In this document: positions 20,747-31,297 of the stretch, one piece after another
Position numbering within the stretch: position 1 is the stretch's first letter
How the letters are laid out: every line of letters begins with the position of its first letter
Source: Bacteroidota bacterium
GTDB lineage: Bacteria; Bacteroidota; Ignavibacteria; UBA10030; UBA8401
Reading direction: 5' to 3'
DNA length: 64,000 nt
Assembly (NCBI GenBank): GCA_027622375.1
Contig: JAQCAB010000001.1
Span: 115,317 to 179,316 of the forward strand
Notes under the pieces: model-generated
The model's input: the letters and a program-made list of their open reading frames with translations, nothing else
Told to the model about the DNA's origin: nothing
The model's database searches: none
Program-made: the position numbers and the translations under genes

Positions 20747-22330
20747 ATGAATAGAAGAGAATTTATACAAAAAACTGTTCCTGTTTCCCTGTTGCCATTT
20801 TTTATTGGTGGATATTCTGTAAAAGCATTTGGTCGTTCACCATTTTTAGAAACATTAATAAGCGCGGGAACTGAAACTGATCACGTTCTTGTTTTAATCC
20901 AACTTAATGGTGGCAATGATGGTTTAAATACAATTTTACCAATCGATCAATATAGTAATTTAGCAAATGCTCGTTCAAATATTTTAATTGCAGAAAATAA
21001 AATTTTAAAATTAACAGATAAGACTGGTATACATCCAATTATGTCTGGTTTAAAAAATTTATACGACTCTGGGAAATTTACACTTGTTCAAAGTGTTGGA
21101 TATCCAAATCCAAATTTCTCACATTTCCGCGCAACAGATATTTGGCTAACTGCAACAGATTCAAATGTTCATGAGTCATCAGGTTGGGTGGGTAGATATT
21201 TATCAGATCAAAATGAATTTCCAGATTATCCCACTGGTTATCCAAATACCGTTATGCCCGATCCACTTGCAATACAAATTGGATCCGTTGTGAGTTCCAG
21301 TTTGCAAGGATATAATTCTAGTATGGGAATGGCTATCACTGATCCTACAAAATTTTATCAGTTTATAGCCGGAACAGTTGATCCTGCACCAAACACACCT
21401 GCTGGTCATGAATTAACTTACATCAGACAAGTAGCTCAACAAACTAATTTATTTGCAGGCTCAATAAAAAATGCTGCAGCAAAAGCAAATAATAAATCAA
21501 GTTTATATCCAATGGCGCCTGATAATTCACTCGGCGATCAATTAAAAATTGTTGCGCGTTTAATTGCTGGCGGATTAAAAACAAGAATTTATATTGTAAA
21601 TATCGGTGGCTTTGATACTCATTCTGTTCAAGCGATTGCTGGCGAAACTGATACCGGAACCCATGCAAATTTATTAAAAAGATTATCTCTCGCAATTTCT
21701 GCTTTTCAAGATGATTTAAAATTATTAGGTGCTGAAGATCGTGTTGCCGGAATGACATTTTCAGAATTTGGCAGAAGAATAAAATCAAACTCAAGTGGTG
21801 GAACTGATCATGGATCAGCTGCGCCACTTTTCCTTTTTGGTAAACATGTTAAAGGTGGAATTATTGGCTCAAATCCAATTATCCCTGCAAGTGTAACTGT
21901 GAATGATAATATTCCGATGCAATATGATTTTCGATCAGTTTATGGTACAGTTCTCAAAAATTGGTTCGGTGTTTCGACAGAAGAATTAAAAAGAGTTTTA
22001 TTTAAAGATTTCCAAATTTTACCACTTTTTGCATCAACAGGAATTGCAGAAAAAAATGAATTACCTCCACATAATTTTGTTTTACATCAAAATTATCCAA
22101 ATCCATTTAATCCAAATACAAAAATAAAATTTAATTCAAGTGGCGCAAATTTGACTATTAAAATTTTTGATATGACGGGGAGAGAAATTAAAACAATTGC
22201 GGAAGGATATTATCCACAGGGCTCGCACGAAGTTAATTTCCATGCAAATGGATTACCATCGGGAATTTATTATTATCGTCTTCAATCTGGTGCTTTCACA
22301 CAAATGAAGGCGATGACTTTAATAAAATAA
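20747..22330 (+). CDS. DUF1501-family (sulfatase/alkaline-phosphatase-like) protein with a Tat signal and a T9SS C-terminal sorting domain
   Basis: It has the twin-arginine motif MNRREFIQK and the DUF1501 body (GGFDTHS, GTDHGSAAP). The last ~85 aa begin NYPNPFNPNTKIKF and end with K, the TIGR04183-type Por secretion tail. Confidence 0.7.
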   Translation: MNRREFIQKTVPVSLLPFFIGGYSVKAFGRSPFLETLISAGTETDHVLVLIQLNGGNDGLNTILPIDQYSNLANARSNILIAENKILKLTDKTGIHPIMSGLKNLYDSGKFTLVQSVGYPNPNFSHFRATDIWLTATDSNVHESSGWVGRYLSDQNEFPDYPTGYPNTVMPDPLAIQIGSVVSSSLQGYNSSMGMAITDPTKFYQFIAGTVDPAPNTPAGHELTYIRQVAQQTNLFAGSIKNAAAKANNKSSLYPMAPDNSLGDQLKIVARLIAGGLKTRIYIVNIGGFDTHSVQAIAGETDTGTHANLLKRLSLAISAFQDDLKLLGAEDRVAGMTFSEFGRRIKSNSSGGTDHGSAAPLFLFGKHVKGGIIGSNPIIPASVTVNDNIPMQYDFRSVYGTVLKNWFGVSTEELKRVLFKDFQILPLFASTGIAEKNELPPHNFVLHQNYPNPFNPNTKIKFNSSGANLTIKIFDMTGREIKTIAEGYYPQGSHEVNFHANGLPSGIYYYRLQSGAFTQMKAMTLIK

Positions 22331-22389
22331 ATTTTTTATAAACTTCTTTTATTTTCGTTTTTTTAAAATTATTTTAACAATAACAATTT

Positions 22390-23559
22390 ATGAATGTCCC
22401 TTTACTTGACCTAAAAATTCAATATCAATCTTTAAAAACAGAATTAGATAATGCATTAATTCGTGTTGCGGAATCTCAAAATTTTATACTTGGTAAAGAA
22501 GTTGAAGATTTTGAAAATGAAATTTCCAAATCTCTAAGCTTAAAATATTCACTCGGTGTTTCATCAGGTACCGATGCACTTTTACTTGCATTAATGGCTT
22601 TAGATATCAAACCAGGGGATGAAGTAATTGTTCCGACATTTTCTTTTTTTGCAACTGCTGGAGTTGTTTCCCGCTTAAATGCAATTCCCGTTTTAGTTGA
22701 TTCAGATCCTGTTACATTTAATATCAATCCTGAATTAATTGAAAAAAAAATCACCTCAAAAACAAAAGCAATAATTCCTGTTCATTTGTTTGGACAAAGT
22801 TGCGAGATGGATAGAATTATTCAAATCGCAAAAAAATATAATTTAAAAATTATCGAAGATGCTGCACAATCAATTAGTGTTCAATATAAAAATGGTAACC
22901 CTGTTGGAACAATTGGTGATATTGGATGTTATTCGTTTTTCCCAAGTAAAAATTTAGGTTGCTTTGGCGATGGTGGTTTAGTTACAACAAACGATGAAAA
23001 TCTTTTTGAAAAACTTAAAATTATGCGTGTTCATGGTTCAAAACCAAAATATTATCATAAAGTAATCGGTGGAAATTTTAGAATTGATGCAATTCAAGCT
23101 GCCATACTTCGTGTTAAATTACCACATTTAAATCAGTGGTCGCAAGCAAGAAGAAATAATGCAGATCTTTATGATAAACTTTTTATTGATAATAAGCTTG
23201 CAACTTTAACCGGAAAAATAAATTTTTCTGAAAACGAAAAAGTTTTATTACCAAAACCAATTTATAAAATTTCAACTTTAACAAATTACCATATTTACAA
23301 TCAATACATTATTCGTGCTGAAAAGCGGGATGAATTAAGAAAATTTTTATCTGACAATAATATTTCTACAGAAATTTATTATCCGGTTCCTTTCCACAGA
23401 CAGGAATGTTTTAAATATTTAAATTATTCTGATTCAGATTTTCCAATTGCAAATAGTTCCGCAGATAACTCAATTGCATTACCAATTTATCCTGAATTAA
23501 AAAATGAGCAAATAAATTATGTTGTCGAAACAATTAAAAAATTTTTCCAAAACAAGTAG
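22390..23559 (+). CDS. DegT/DnrJ/EryC1/StrS-family PLP-dependent sugar aminotransferase
   Basis: The N-terminal MNVPLLDLKIQYQSLKTELDNALIRV....SSGTDALLLAL....GDEVIVPTFSFFATA signature is present. Confidence 0.85.
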   Translation: MNVPLLDLKIQYQSLKTELDNALIRVAESQNFILGKEVEDFENEISKSLSLKYSLGVSSGTDALLLALMALDIKPGDEVIVPTFSFFATAGVVSRLNAIPVLVDSDPVTFNINPELIEKKITSKTKAIIPVHLFGQSCEMDRIIQIAKKYNLKIIEDAAQSISVQYKNGNPVGTIGDIGCYSFFPSKNLGCFGDGGLVTTNDENLFEKLKIMRVHGSKPKYYHKVIGGNFRIDAIQAAILRVKLPHLNQWSQARRNNADLYDKLFIDNKLATLTGKINFSENEKVLLPKPIYKISTLTNYHIYNQYIIRAEKRDELRKFLSDNNISTEIYYPVPFHRQECFKYLNYSDSDFPIANSSADNSIALPIYPELKNEQINYVVETIKKFFQNK

Positions 23560-24064
23560 TCTGCTTTCAAAATCAGATTTACGAAAAAAACTTAAATCAA
23601 TAAAATTACTAATTGTTGATGTTGATGGAGTTTTGACTGATGGCGGAATGTATTATTCTTCAACCGGCGATCAAATGAAAAAATTTAATGTTCGTGACGG
23701 AATGGGAATAATATTGTTAAAAAAAATTGGAATTAAAGTCGCAGTAATTACAAGTGAGTCAACAAAAATAATGCAATTCCGTGCTAAAAAATTAAAGATT
23801 GAGGATTTACATCAAGGATCTTTTGATAAAATCCCTGCGTTTAATAAATTATTGACAAAATATAATTTAACAACTAACCAAGCTGCTTTTATTGGCGATG
23901 ATTTAAATGATACTTCACTTTTAAAAATTGTGGGGCTTGCAATAACTCCATTAGATGGAATTCTAAAAAATAAAAATATTGCTCACTATATTACTGCTAA
24001 AAAAGGTGGAGATGGTTGCGTTAGAGAAATTTGTGATCTTTTAATTTCTGCTCAAAAAGGATAA
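23519..24064 (+). CDS. kdsC: 3-deoxy-D-manno-octulosonate 8-phosphate (KDO-8-P) phosphatase
   Basis: The HAD-IIIA motif IKLLIVDVDGVLTDGGMYY and a later GDDLNDTSLL are present. The ATG at 23519 overlaps the DegT gene by 41 bp. Confidence 0.8.
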   Translation: MLSKQLKNFSKTSSLLSKSDLRKKLKSIKLLIVDVDGVLTDGGMYYSSTGDQMKKFNVRDGMGIILLKKIGIKVAVITSESTKIMQFRAKKLKIEDLHQGSFDKIPAFNKLLTKYNLTTNQAAFIGDDLNDTSLLKIVGLAITPLDGILKNKNIAHYITAKKGGDGCVREICDLLISAQKG

Positions 24065-25635
24065 CTTAACTGTAGCGAAACTCTTCCTGCGGATTTTTTA
24101 TCAGTTCGCCATAAACAACTTAATCTGCTATCTCGATCTTTCCAAGAAAAAGCAATTCCAGCATCAGACATTTTATTATTTTTATTTAAAAATGAATTTA
24201 TAATTTCTTTTGTGGGATCCGAAACTGATTTTTCGTAATAATGTATTTCCCCAACATTAGCGAGTAAAATTAAATTCAAATTATTTATCCAAGGCATCAC
24301 CATATCAATTAAATCACCTTTGATAAAATATTCAGCATTAATTAAGATCATTCTGCTACCTTCAAATTCTTTGTAAGAATAAGCTGGCAAAGAATTAAAT
24401 CCACCTAAAAATAATTTTTTTTGTTGAATGGTGTCGCCATTTAAAATCCCAAATCTTAACCGAATTCTTAATTGATCGTTTTCCGAAATTGATTGCAATC
24501 TCCTGATATCAATTATTGTTCTATCAAATTTATAAATTTGGTTTTTACCGATTCCACCAATTTCATTTGTTACAAAAATATTCCAACCAGATGAAGTATA
24601 ATTATTATTTTTAATTGAAGAATATCCTGCAGAAAAAATTAAACTGTTAATTTGTCCTTCATCAATTAAATAATTTTCGCGATATAAATTTTTTCCAAAT
24701 AATGACCAATTTGTAGTTTTATTTAATGAAGTGTATTTATCATTTAAATAACTTGAACCAACAAAAAAACGATTTTGTGATTCTGCAAAGTGAAAATCTA
24801 AACTTAATGAAGCACCTTCTTTGTAAAAATAATCCATATAATCATCTTTTGAGAACAAAGTCGATAATGAATTATCTTCAGTAGTTATTAACCATTGATC
24901 GTCTGTTGAAACGAGTGAGTGGTATTCTGCAGAAAGTTGTAAAAATGAATTTTGAAGTTTTATATTTCTTGAAAGTCCAAATTCACCTTCCCACTTATGA
25001 AGTCCAAAAGAATAATTTACAAGATAGTGTGCGCTAAGTGGTTTAATATTTTGGGAATTTAAATTTTTTGTTTTTGTAAAACCGATTGCAACTTGTTCTA
25101 CTCTGTTAAATCTGAAGCTTCCTTCTTTTGTTAAATAATGTTCAGGAAACCAATTTTGTGGAGTAAAAATAAATTTTCTTGGAATGTTTTTTTGTGATTT
25201 AGTTAGATTTGTTATTCCCCTGTTTTCTCGAATAATACCACCAACAAATCCATCTTCAAAAATTTCACCTCGCAAAGTTGTTGCATCTCCTGTAATAACA
25301 CCATTATTTTCAATATGTATATCACCTTTTAAAACAAGAGCATCACCAATTAATGTGCCTTCAACAAAAAGATTTCCTTTTTTAATTACAACATTACCTT
25401 GAATTGTATCCTTTTCAGAAATTGTTAAAGATTGATTAAAAGTTTGAGTTGAAGTTGTTATTGATGTAATTGGATCATCAAGCAAGGGATATAAATCGTC
25501 AAGTGGTTCAAAAAATAAATAATTTTCAAAATCTTCAAATATAAAATCATCATTGATTTCTAAACTATCTTTAACTTCTTGAGCAAATATAGAAATGGGA
25601 ATTAAAATGAATATAATTAAAAATAGTTTCTTCAT
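24052..25635 (-). CDS. Hypothetical outer-membrane beta-barrel protein with N-terminal bactofilin-like beta-helix repeats
   Basis: It has a signal peptide and an N-terminal GNVVIKKGNLFVEGTLIGDALVLKGDIHIENNGVITGDATTLRGEI region of bactofilin/DUF583-like periodicity. The C-terminal half has alternating-hydrophobic strands and ends in ...SLQLSYPF (a terminal Phe beta-signal). Confidence 0.45.
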   Translation of the reverse strand: MKKLFLIIFILIPISIFAQEVKDSLEINDDFIFEDFENYLFFEPLDDLYPLLDDPITSITTSTQTFNQSLTISEKDTIQGNVVIKKGNLFVEGTLIGDALVLKGDIHIENNGVITGDATTLRGEIFEDGFVGGIIRENRGITNLTKSQKNIPRKFIFTPQNWFPEHYLTKEGSFRFNRVEQVAIGFTKTKNLNSQNIKPLSAHYLVNYSFGLHKWEGEFGLSRNIKLQNSFLQLSAEYHSLVSTDDQWLITTEDNSLSTLFSKDDYMDYFYKEGASLSLDFHFAESQNRFFVGSSYLNDKYTSLNKTTNWSLFGKNLYRENYLIDEGQINSLIFSAGYSSIKNNNYTSSGWNIFVTNEIGGIGKNQIYKFDRTIIDIRRLQSISENDQLRIRLRFGILNGDTIQQKKLFLGGFNSLPAYSYKEFEGSRMILINAEYFIKGDLIDMVMPWINNLNLILLANVGEIHYYEKSVSDPTKEIINSFLNKNNKMSDAGIAFSWKDRDSRLSCLWRTDKKSAGRVSLQLSYPF

Positions 25636-25664
25636 TAAATTTTAATATTTTAGATAATAAATAT

Positions 25665-26381
25665 ATGAAACTTTCAATCAACATAGACCACGTAGCAACT
25701 TTGCGCCAGCAACGAAGAGAAAAATATCCTGATCCAGTGAGCGCTGCAATAATATGCGAAAAAGTTGGAGTTGATGGAATTGTTTGTCACTTGCGTGAAG
25801 ATAGAAGACATATTCAAGATCGTGATGTTTTTCTTTTGAGAGATACTTTAAAAACAAAATTTGATCTCGAAATGGGTGCTTCTGAAGAAATTATTAAAAT
25901 TGCTTTACAGGTTGTGCCAGACTTAGTAACACTTGTTCCAGAAAAACGTGAAGAATTAACAACCGAAGGGGGATTAAATATTTTATCTCAAAAAGATTAT
26001 TTAAAAAAAACTATTTCGCGATTTCACGAAAAAAACATTCCTGTTAGTTTATTTGTTGAACCAGATAAAAATGTAATTGAGGTTTCTAAATTAATTGGAT
26101 GTGATTTTGTTGAGCTTCATACAGGTGTTTACGCAAATGCAACTACAAAAGAAGAAATTGAAATTAAATTAAAACAAATTTCTGAAGCTGCACAATTTGC
26201 AAATTCAATCGGGCTAAAAGTTAATGCCGGGCATGGTTTAGATTACACAAATATTTTGCCAATCATAAAACTTAATTCTATTTATGAAGTTAGTATTGGA
26301 TATTCAGTAATTACCCGCGCTCTTTTTGTAGGGTTAGAAAAAGCAGTTCGTGAAATGTTAAATTTAGTAAAGGGGATTTAA
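25665..26381 (+). CDS. pdxJ: Pyridoxine 5'-phosphate synthase
   Basis: MKLSINIDHVATLRQQRREKYPDPV....VCHLREDRRHIQDRD is the canonical PdxJ sequence. Confidence 0.9.
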   Translation: MKLSINIDHVATLRQQRREKYPDPVSAAIICEKVGVDGIVCHLREDRRHIQDRDVFLLRDTLKTKFDLEMGASEEIIKIALQVVPDLVTLVPEKREELTTEGGLNILSQKDYLKKTISRFHEKNIPVSLFVEPDKNVIEVSKLIGCDFVELHTGVYANATTKEEIEIKLKQISEAAQFANSIGLKVNAGHGLDYTNILPIIKLNSIYEVSIGYSVITRALFVGLEKAVREMLNLVKGI

Positions 26382-26392
26382 AAATTATAAAA

Positions 26393-26977
26393 TTAGTGTC
26401 GTAGCTGAAATTTTTTTATCTCGTCTCTCATTTTTGCAGCTTGCTCGTAGTTTTCATCTTCAATAAATTTTTGAAGTTTTAATTCAAGCTGTTCTAATTC
26501 AGATAATTTTAATATTGGAATTTTTTTTGCAACTACTGATTTTTCTTCCTCTTCATCATCTTCAGTTTCTTCACTAATTAATCCAGCTTCATTAATAACT
26601 TCTTCAGCAACATAAATTGGGGCGCCAAAACGAACAGCAATCGCAATAGCATCACTTGGTCTTGAATCAATTTCTATAACTTGTGAAAGATTTTCAACAC
26701 TTATTTTTGCATAAAATGTTCCGTCACGCAACTCATTTATTGTAACATCAACTATATTTAAACTTAAATTTTCAAGTATGTTGCGAATTAAATCATGCGT
26801 AAGTGGTCGTGGTGGTTTTACTCCTTCCATTTCCATTGCTATTGAACTTGCTTCAAATGCTCCAATTATAATCGGGAGTTGGCGTTTGCCATTAACTTCT
26901 TTTAAAAGTAATGCGTATGCACCGCCGTGGCTTGGTGTTGAGGAAAGTCCTAATATTTCTACTGCAATTTTTTCCAT
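26393..26977 (-). CDS. Bifunctional nuclease-family (DUF151) protein with a C-terminal UVR motif
   Basis: It has a DUF151-like N-terminal domain and an acidic linker. The C-terminal EQAAKMRDEIKKFQ matches the UvrB/UvrC motif. Confidence 0.7.
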   Translation of the reverse strand: MEKIAVEILGLSSTPSHGGAYALLLKEVNGKRQLPIIIGAFEASSIAMEMEGVKPPRPLTHDLIRNILENLSLNIVDVTINELRDGTFYAKISVENLSQVIEIDSRPSDAIAIAVRFGAPIYVAEEVINEAGLISEETEDDEEEEKSVVAKKIPILKLSELEQLELKLQKFIEDENYEQAAKMRDEIKKFQLRH

Positions 26978-27033
26978 CTGATTTTTAATCTACTATAAAT
27001 TTATAAAAAACTATTCAATAGTCAAATTTTTGT

Positions 27034-28008
27034 TTAATGTGATTTTAATTTATTTATTTCATCTGTTAATGCAGGAATTATTTCGAAAGCATCACCAATA
27101 ATTCCATAATCAGCAACATTAAAAATTGGAGCTTCTTTATCTTTATTAATAGCAACAATATATTTTGACGAACTCATTCCCGCTAAATGTTGAACAGCAC
27201 CCGAAACTGCTACTGCAATATAAAGTGATGGTGAAACTGTTTTTCCAGTTTGACCAACCTGTTCATCATGTGGTCTCCAACCTGCATCAACAACCGCGCG
27301 AGATGCACCGACTGCTGCACCAAGTGAGTCGGCTAATTTTTCAATCATTAAAAAATTTTCTGGCTCTTTTAATCCTCTTCCACCTGTTACAATTATATCT
27401 GCTTCTGCAACATCTTTTTTATTTGTGGATTGCTTTACTTCTGTAACAATTGTTGAAAAATCTTTTTCTAATAATTCAACTTCAAATTTTAATACTTCTG
27501 CTGTTTCGTTTGAAGCAATTCCAGCAGTAAAAACATTTGGACGTAAACTAAATATTTTTTTATCAGAAGTGATTTCAACATCCACAAAACTTTTGCCTGC
27601 AAAAATTGGACGAGTTGCGATTATTTTTCCATCTTCTATTTTTAATTGTGTGCAATCACTTGCAACACCCGCATTTAATTTTACTGATAAACATGGAGCC
27701 AAATCTTTACCCATTGCACTTGCAGATAAAAATAAAATTGAAATACTTTCTTTTTCAATAATCTGATTAATAATTGTACTATAAGCTGATGTTGAATAAT
27801 TTTTTAATCGCGGGTCTTCAACAACAAAAACTTTTTTAATTCCAAAACCACCAAGTTTACTTGCAATTTGCGAAACACTTTCACCAACTACTAAGCCAAC
27901 AACTTCCGAATTTAATTCTAACCCTAATTTTATTGCAGCATTACAAACTTCAAAAGCAGTTTTTTTAAATTGGTTTTCCCGTTGCTCAGCAAAAACTAAA
28001 ATCTTCAT
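27034..28008 (-). CDS. etfA: Electron transfer flavoprotein alpha subunit
   Basis: The FAD-binding C-terminal domain motif VGQTGKTVSPSLYIAVAVSGAVQHLAGM is present. Confidence 0.85.
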   Translation of the reverse strand: MKILVFAEQRENQFKKTAFEVCNAAIKLGLELNSEVVGLVVGESVSQIASKLGGFGIKKVFVVEDPRLKNYSTSAYSTIINQIIEKESISILFLSASAMGKDLAPCLSVKLNAGVASDCTQLKIEDGKIIATRPIFAGKSFVDVEITSDKKIFSLRPNVFTAGIASNETAEVLKFEVELLEKDFSTIVTEVKQSTNKKDVAEADIIVTGGRGLKEPENFLMIEKLADSLGAAVGASRAVVDAGWRPHDEQVGQTGKTVSPSLYIAVAVSGAVQHLAGMSSSKYIVAINKDKEAPIFNVADYGIIGDAFEIIPALTDEINKLKSH

Positions 28009-28754
28009 TAAATCACCTTTGCTTCTTCATGTAAAAGACGAACTAATTCTTTTACGGCTGAAATATCATTGCCAATAATTTTACCTTTTGACTTTGCAGT
28101 TGGCTTTGACATTTTTTTTACAAGAATTTTATTTTCGCAAATTGCTGCTGGTTTTTCATCAATTGGTTTGCGTTTTGATTCCATAATTCCTTTTAAGGTT
28201 GGATATCTTGGTTCATTCAATCCTTTTTGAGCTGAAATAACAATTGGTAAACTTGATGAAACAACTTCATGTCCTCCTTCAATTTCTCGTTCCGCAATTA
28301 CTTTTGATCCCTCAATATTTAATTTTACTACAACTGTAACCGATTGCCAATTTAAAAAAGTTGCAATTAATCCGCACATTTGCGAATCATCATAATCGAT
28401 TGATTGTTTGCCAACATAAATAATTTCGGGTAAATATTCTTTCGCAAATTCTGACAGCGCAAATGCAATTGAAAATGAATCTCTAACTGAAAGATCTTTT
28501 AATAATACTGCTTTATCACAACCCATTGAAAGTGCTTTTCGCAAAGTTTCTTTGTGTTGATCGCCACCGAGTGAGCAAACTAAAACCTCTCCACCAAATT
28601 TTTCTTTAGTTTTTAAAGCTTCTTCAATTGCATAATCATCGTACGGATTTAAAATAAAATTAACACCATTTTGATCTATTGAAATATTATCCGATGCAAT
28701 ATTTACTTTTGTCGTAGTATCAGGTACGTGATTAACACAAACAAGAATCTTCAT
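28008..28754 (-). CDS. etfB: Electron transfer flavoprotein beta subunit
   Basis: MKILVCVNHVPDTTTKV... shows an ETF-beta fold. It abuts etfA. Confidence 0.85.
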   Translation of the reverse strand: MKILVCVNHVPDTTTKVNIASDNISIDQNGVNFILNPYDDYAIEEALKTKEKFGGEVLVCSLGGDQHKETLRKALSMGCDKAVLLKDLSVRDSFSIAFALSEFAKEYLPEIIYVGKQSIDYDDSQMCGLIATFLNWQSVTVVVKLNIEGSKVIAEREIEGGHEVVSSSLPIVISAQKGLNEPRYPTLKGIMESKRKPIDEKPAAICENKILVKKMSKPTAKSKGKIIGNDISAVKELVRLLHEEAKVI

Positions 28755-28776
28755 AAAAAATTTTACTTACTTGTTT

Positions 28777-30111
28777 TTAATATCGGTAATAATCTGGTTT
28801 AAATGGTCCATCGACCGAAACACCAATATACTTTGCTTGTTCAGTTGTAAGAGATTCTAATTCAGCGCCAAGTTTTGCAAGATGAAGTCTTGCAACTTTT
28901 TCATCCAAATGTTTTGGCAAAGTGTAAACTTTATTTTGATATTGAGATGAGTTTGTCCATAATTCAAGTTGTGCTAAAACTTGATTTGTAAACGAGGTTG
29001 ACATTACAAAAGATGGATGTCCCATTGCGCATCCTAAATTTACAAGTCTTCCTTCAGCAAGTAAAATTATATCTTTTCCATCAATGGTATATTTATCAAC
29101 TTGCGGTTTAATTGTAACTTTTGATTTTTCGAAATTATTATTTAACCAAGCAACATCAATTTCATTATCAAAATGCCCGATGTTGCAAACAATTGTTTTA
29201 TCTTTCATCAATTTAAAATGAGTAGAATTAACAACATTAAAATTTCCGGTTGCAGTAACAACTATGTCAGCTTCTTTAATTGCATTTTCCATTTTTTTAA
29301 CTTCATATCCATCCATTAAAGCTTGCAATGCGCAAATTGGATCTATTTCTGTAACTATCACACGAACATTTTGACTTTGTAAAGATTGAGCCGATCCTTT
29401 TCCAACATCACCATAACCAGCTACAACTGCAACTTTACCAGCTAACATTAAATCAGTTGATCTGCGAATTGCATCAACAAGAGATTCGCGACAACCATAT
29501 TTATTATCAAATTTAGATTTTGTAACTGAGTCGTTTACATTAAAAGCTGGAAGTGGCAAAGTTCCTTTTTTAACTCTTTCATACAAACGATGAACACCGG
29601 TTGTGGTTTCCTCAGAAATTCCTTTTATAGCTGAAACTAATTCTGGGAATTTATCTAAAATCATATTTGTTAAATCTCCACCATCATCTAAAATCATATT
29701 TAAAGGTTTTTGATCTGGACCAAAAAATAAAGTTTGTTTAATACACCAATCAAATTCTTCGAGCGACATCCCTTTCCAAGCATAAACTTGAATTCCTTTT
29801 GCAGCAATTGCGGCAGCTGCGTGATCTTGTGTCGAAAAAATATTGCAACTTGACCAAGTTACTTCAGCGCCGAGATCTTTTAAAGTTTCAATTAAAACTG
29901 CAGTTTGAATTGTCATGTGTAAACAACCTGCAATGCGAGCACCTTTTAGTGGTTGTTTTGATTTCATCTCTTTTCGGATTGTCATTAAACCAGGCATTTC
30001 AGCTTCTGCAAGTTCAATTTCTTTTCTTCCCCACTCAGCCAAAGATAAATCTTTAACTTTAAATGGAATAAAAGTTTTTTTATCAATTTTTACTTCTGCA
30101 ACTTGATGCAT
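28777..30111 (-). CDS. ahcY: Adenosylhomocysteinase
   Basis: The canonical N-terminus [26 protein letters not shown] and an NAD-binding domain are present. Confidence 0.95.
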   Translation of the reverse strand: MHQVAEVKIDKKTFIPFKVKDLSLAEWGRKEIELAEAEMPGLMTIRKEMKSKQPLKGARIAGCLHMTIQTAVLIETLKDLGAEVTWSSCNIFSTQDHAAAAIAAKGIQVYAWKGMSLEEFDWCIKQTLFFGPDQKPLNMILDDGGDLTNMILDKFPELVSAIKGISEETTTGVHRLYERVKKGTLPLPAFNVNDSVTKSKFDNKYGCRESLVDAIRRSTDLMLAGKVAVVAGYGDVGKGSAQSLQSQNVRVIVTEIDPICALQALMDGYEVKKMENAIKEADIVVTATGNFNVVNSTHFKLMKDKTIVCNIGHFDNEIDVAWLNNNFEKSKVTIKPQVDKYTIDGKDIILLAEGRLVNLGCAMGHPSFVMSTSFTNQVLAQLELWTNSSQYQNKVYTLPKHLDEKVARLHLAKLGAELESLTTEQAKYIGVSVDGPFKPDYYRY

Positions 30112-30130
30112 ATTATTTTCTCCTAAAAAA

Positions 30131-31279
30131 TTATTTTGAAGCGTTTTTAAATAATGGGACTAAATCGAGTTTTTCCCATGTAAAGTTTTTTCCGGTTCTA
30201 CCGAAATGACCACCTGCTGCTGTTTTTTTATAAATTGGACGACGCAAATTTAATCTTTTTATAATTCCTGCCGGAGTCATATCAACATTACAATTTATAA
30301 AATCAGAAATTTTCTCATCAGCAATTTTACCAGTTCCGAAAGTATTTACATTTATTGAAACAGGTTTTGCAACACCAATAGCGTATGCAACTTGAATTAA
30401 ACATTCATCAGCCAAACCAGCGGCAACAATATTTTTTGCTAAATGACGTGCTGCATATGCTGCACTTCTATCAACCTTCGTCGGATCTTTTCCGGAAAAT
30501 GCGCCACCACCATGCGGTGCGCGGCCACCATAAGTATCAACAATAATTTTTCGGCCTGTTAAGCCAGAATCACCATGTGGCCCACCAACAACAAAACTAC
30601 CAGTTGGATTAACATGAATTTTTGTTTTTTTATCAATTAATTTTTTTGGAATAACTTTGTTAATTACATAATTAATTACATCTGCTTTTATATTATCATT
30701 TTTTACATTCGGATCATGTTGAGTTGATATTACAATTGCTTCAACCCTGCGGATTGTTTTGCGATCTTTTTCATATTCAACTGTAACTTGAGATTTTGCA
30801 TCTGGTCTTAAATAAGGCATCAACTTTTTATTTTTCTTTCTGATTTCTTCAAGTCGTAAAATTAATTTGTGTGCAAACATTATTGGCGCGGGCATAAGTT
30901 CTTTGGTTTCTTTATTTGCATATCCAAACATCATTCCTTGATCACCAGCACCACCAATATTAACTCCCTTTGCAATATCTGGTGATTGAGAATGGATGCT
31001 ATTCATAATCCCGCAAGATTCAGCATCAAATTTATATTCTGCCGAATTATATCCAATATCATTAATTGTATCTCTCACAATTTTTTGAAAATCTACATAA
31101 GCAGTGGTTGTAATTTCTCCTGCAATCACAACTTGCCCTGTTGTTACTAAAGTTTCGCAAGCAACACGAGCAAGTGGATCTTTTTCTAAAATTGCATCAA
31201 GTATCGCATCCGAAATTTGATCACAAACTTTATCTGGATGCCCCTCTGAAACTGACTCTGATGTAAATAAATATCTCAT
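30131..31279 (-). CDS. metK: S-adenosylmethionine synthetase
   Basis: [29 protein letters not shown] and [19 protein letters not shown] are present. Confidence 0.95.
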   Translation of the reverse strand: MRYLFTSESVSEGHPDKVCDQISDAILDAILEKDPLARVACETLVTTGQVVIAGEITTTAYVDFQKIVRDTINDIGYNSAEYKFDAESCGIMNSIHSQSPDIAKGVNIGGAGDQGMMFGYANKETKELMPAPIMFAHKLILRLEEIRKKNKKLMPYLRPDAKSQVTVEYEKDRKTIRRVEAIVISTQHDPNVKNDNIKADVINYVINKVIPKKLIDKKTKIHVNPTGSFVVGGPHGDSGLTGRKIIVDTYGGRAPHGGGAFSGKDPTKVDRSAAYAARHLAKNIVAAGLADECLIQVAYAIGVAKPVSINVNTFGTGKIADEKISDFINCNVDMTPAGIIKRLNLRRPIYKKTAAGGHFGRTGKNFTWEKLDLVPLFKNASK

Positions 31280-31297
31280 ATCTTCCTTTTTATTTTT

